A DNA stretch of 59,882 bases, from NCBI GenBank assembly GCA_028695445.1, contig JAQVIV010000002.1, positions 1 to 59,882 of the forward strand. Reading direction: 5' to 3'. The notes under the pieces were generated by a model. It did not search any database, was not told where the DNA came from, and worked only from the letters and a program-made list of their open reading frames with translations. The stretch is from Candidatus Shapirobacteria bacterium. GTDB taxonomy: Bacteria; Patescibacteriota; Microgenomatia; 0-14-0-10-38-17. Positions 59,821-59,882 of this stretch are shown here, in pieces; the first letter of the stretch is position 1; every line of letters starts with the position of its first letter. Both the position numbers and the translations under genes were made by a program.

Positions 59821-59882
59821 CAGCCTGATCGGGGTGGTGTGAAGAACGTGAACACAATACCCCGATAGAGAAGGCCAGACAA

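Noticed and set aside
1-59882. Alternative genetic code (UGA recoding as in some CPR-related lineages).
   Set aside because: Conserved genes are full length under the standard code, and several of them (rplD, rpmJ, rpoA) terminate at TGA.

Overview
A 59.9 kb fragment, visibly about 40% GC and read in the standard code. Gene content and order fit a Candidate Phyla Radiation/Patescibacteria (Microgenomates-like) bacterium; that placement is an inference from the L30-less ribosomal operon, the small rnpB, many DUF genes and tight packing.

- **1.1-17.9 kb:** S10-spc-alpha ribosomal superoperon (rplC to rpoA-rplQ, then rplM-rpsI). It has no rpsJ at its head, no rpmD (L30) and no map.
- **18-29.9 kb:** a mostly minus-strand accessory block between tRNA-Tyr and tRNA-Pro. 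It holds a DUF4349 gene, two compositionally atypical small genes, a GT-C::GH3 fusion, a processive GT2 synthase, a GH5 enzyme, a TraD/HerA-like ATPase and a HIT protein.
- **30-59.9 kb:** housekeeping genes: recA, recX, rny, hup, tatD, ychF, nitroreductase, miaB-like, PurF-like, miaA, AI-2E, rnpB, YifB/ComM, CapA, DUF4446, DUF3048, secDF, cca, recJ, rel, aspS, dac, gltX and tRNA-Gln.

The most unusual signal is non-coding. Fourteen intercistronic junctions of the ribosomal operon, plus secD-secF and a few other sites, hold about 2.3 kb of mosaic AT-rich repeat modules. These include foldback palindromes, a TIR-bounded module, and a GC-rich structured core with compensatory changes. One ~50-nt module abuts the start codon of 12 genes.

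Other notable items:
- twin 43-bp perfect palindromes bracketing a nitroreductase gene
- a 99-bp duplication of the tRNA-Tyr 3' end
- a PurF-like gene without the catalytic Cys, sitting between miaB and miaA
- an RNase Y whose membrane anchor lies in another frame
- recurrent extended -10 promoters placed for leaderless or near-leaderless transcripts

All folds, alignments and motif calls were made by eye from the sequence. No database search was run.
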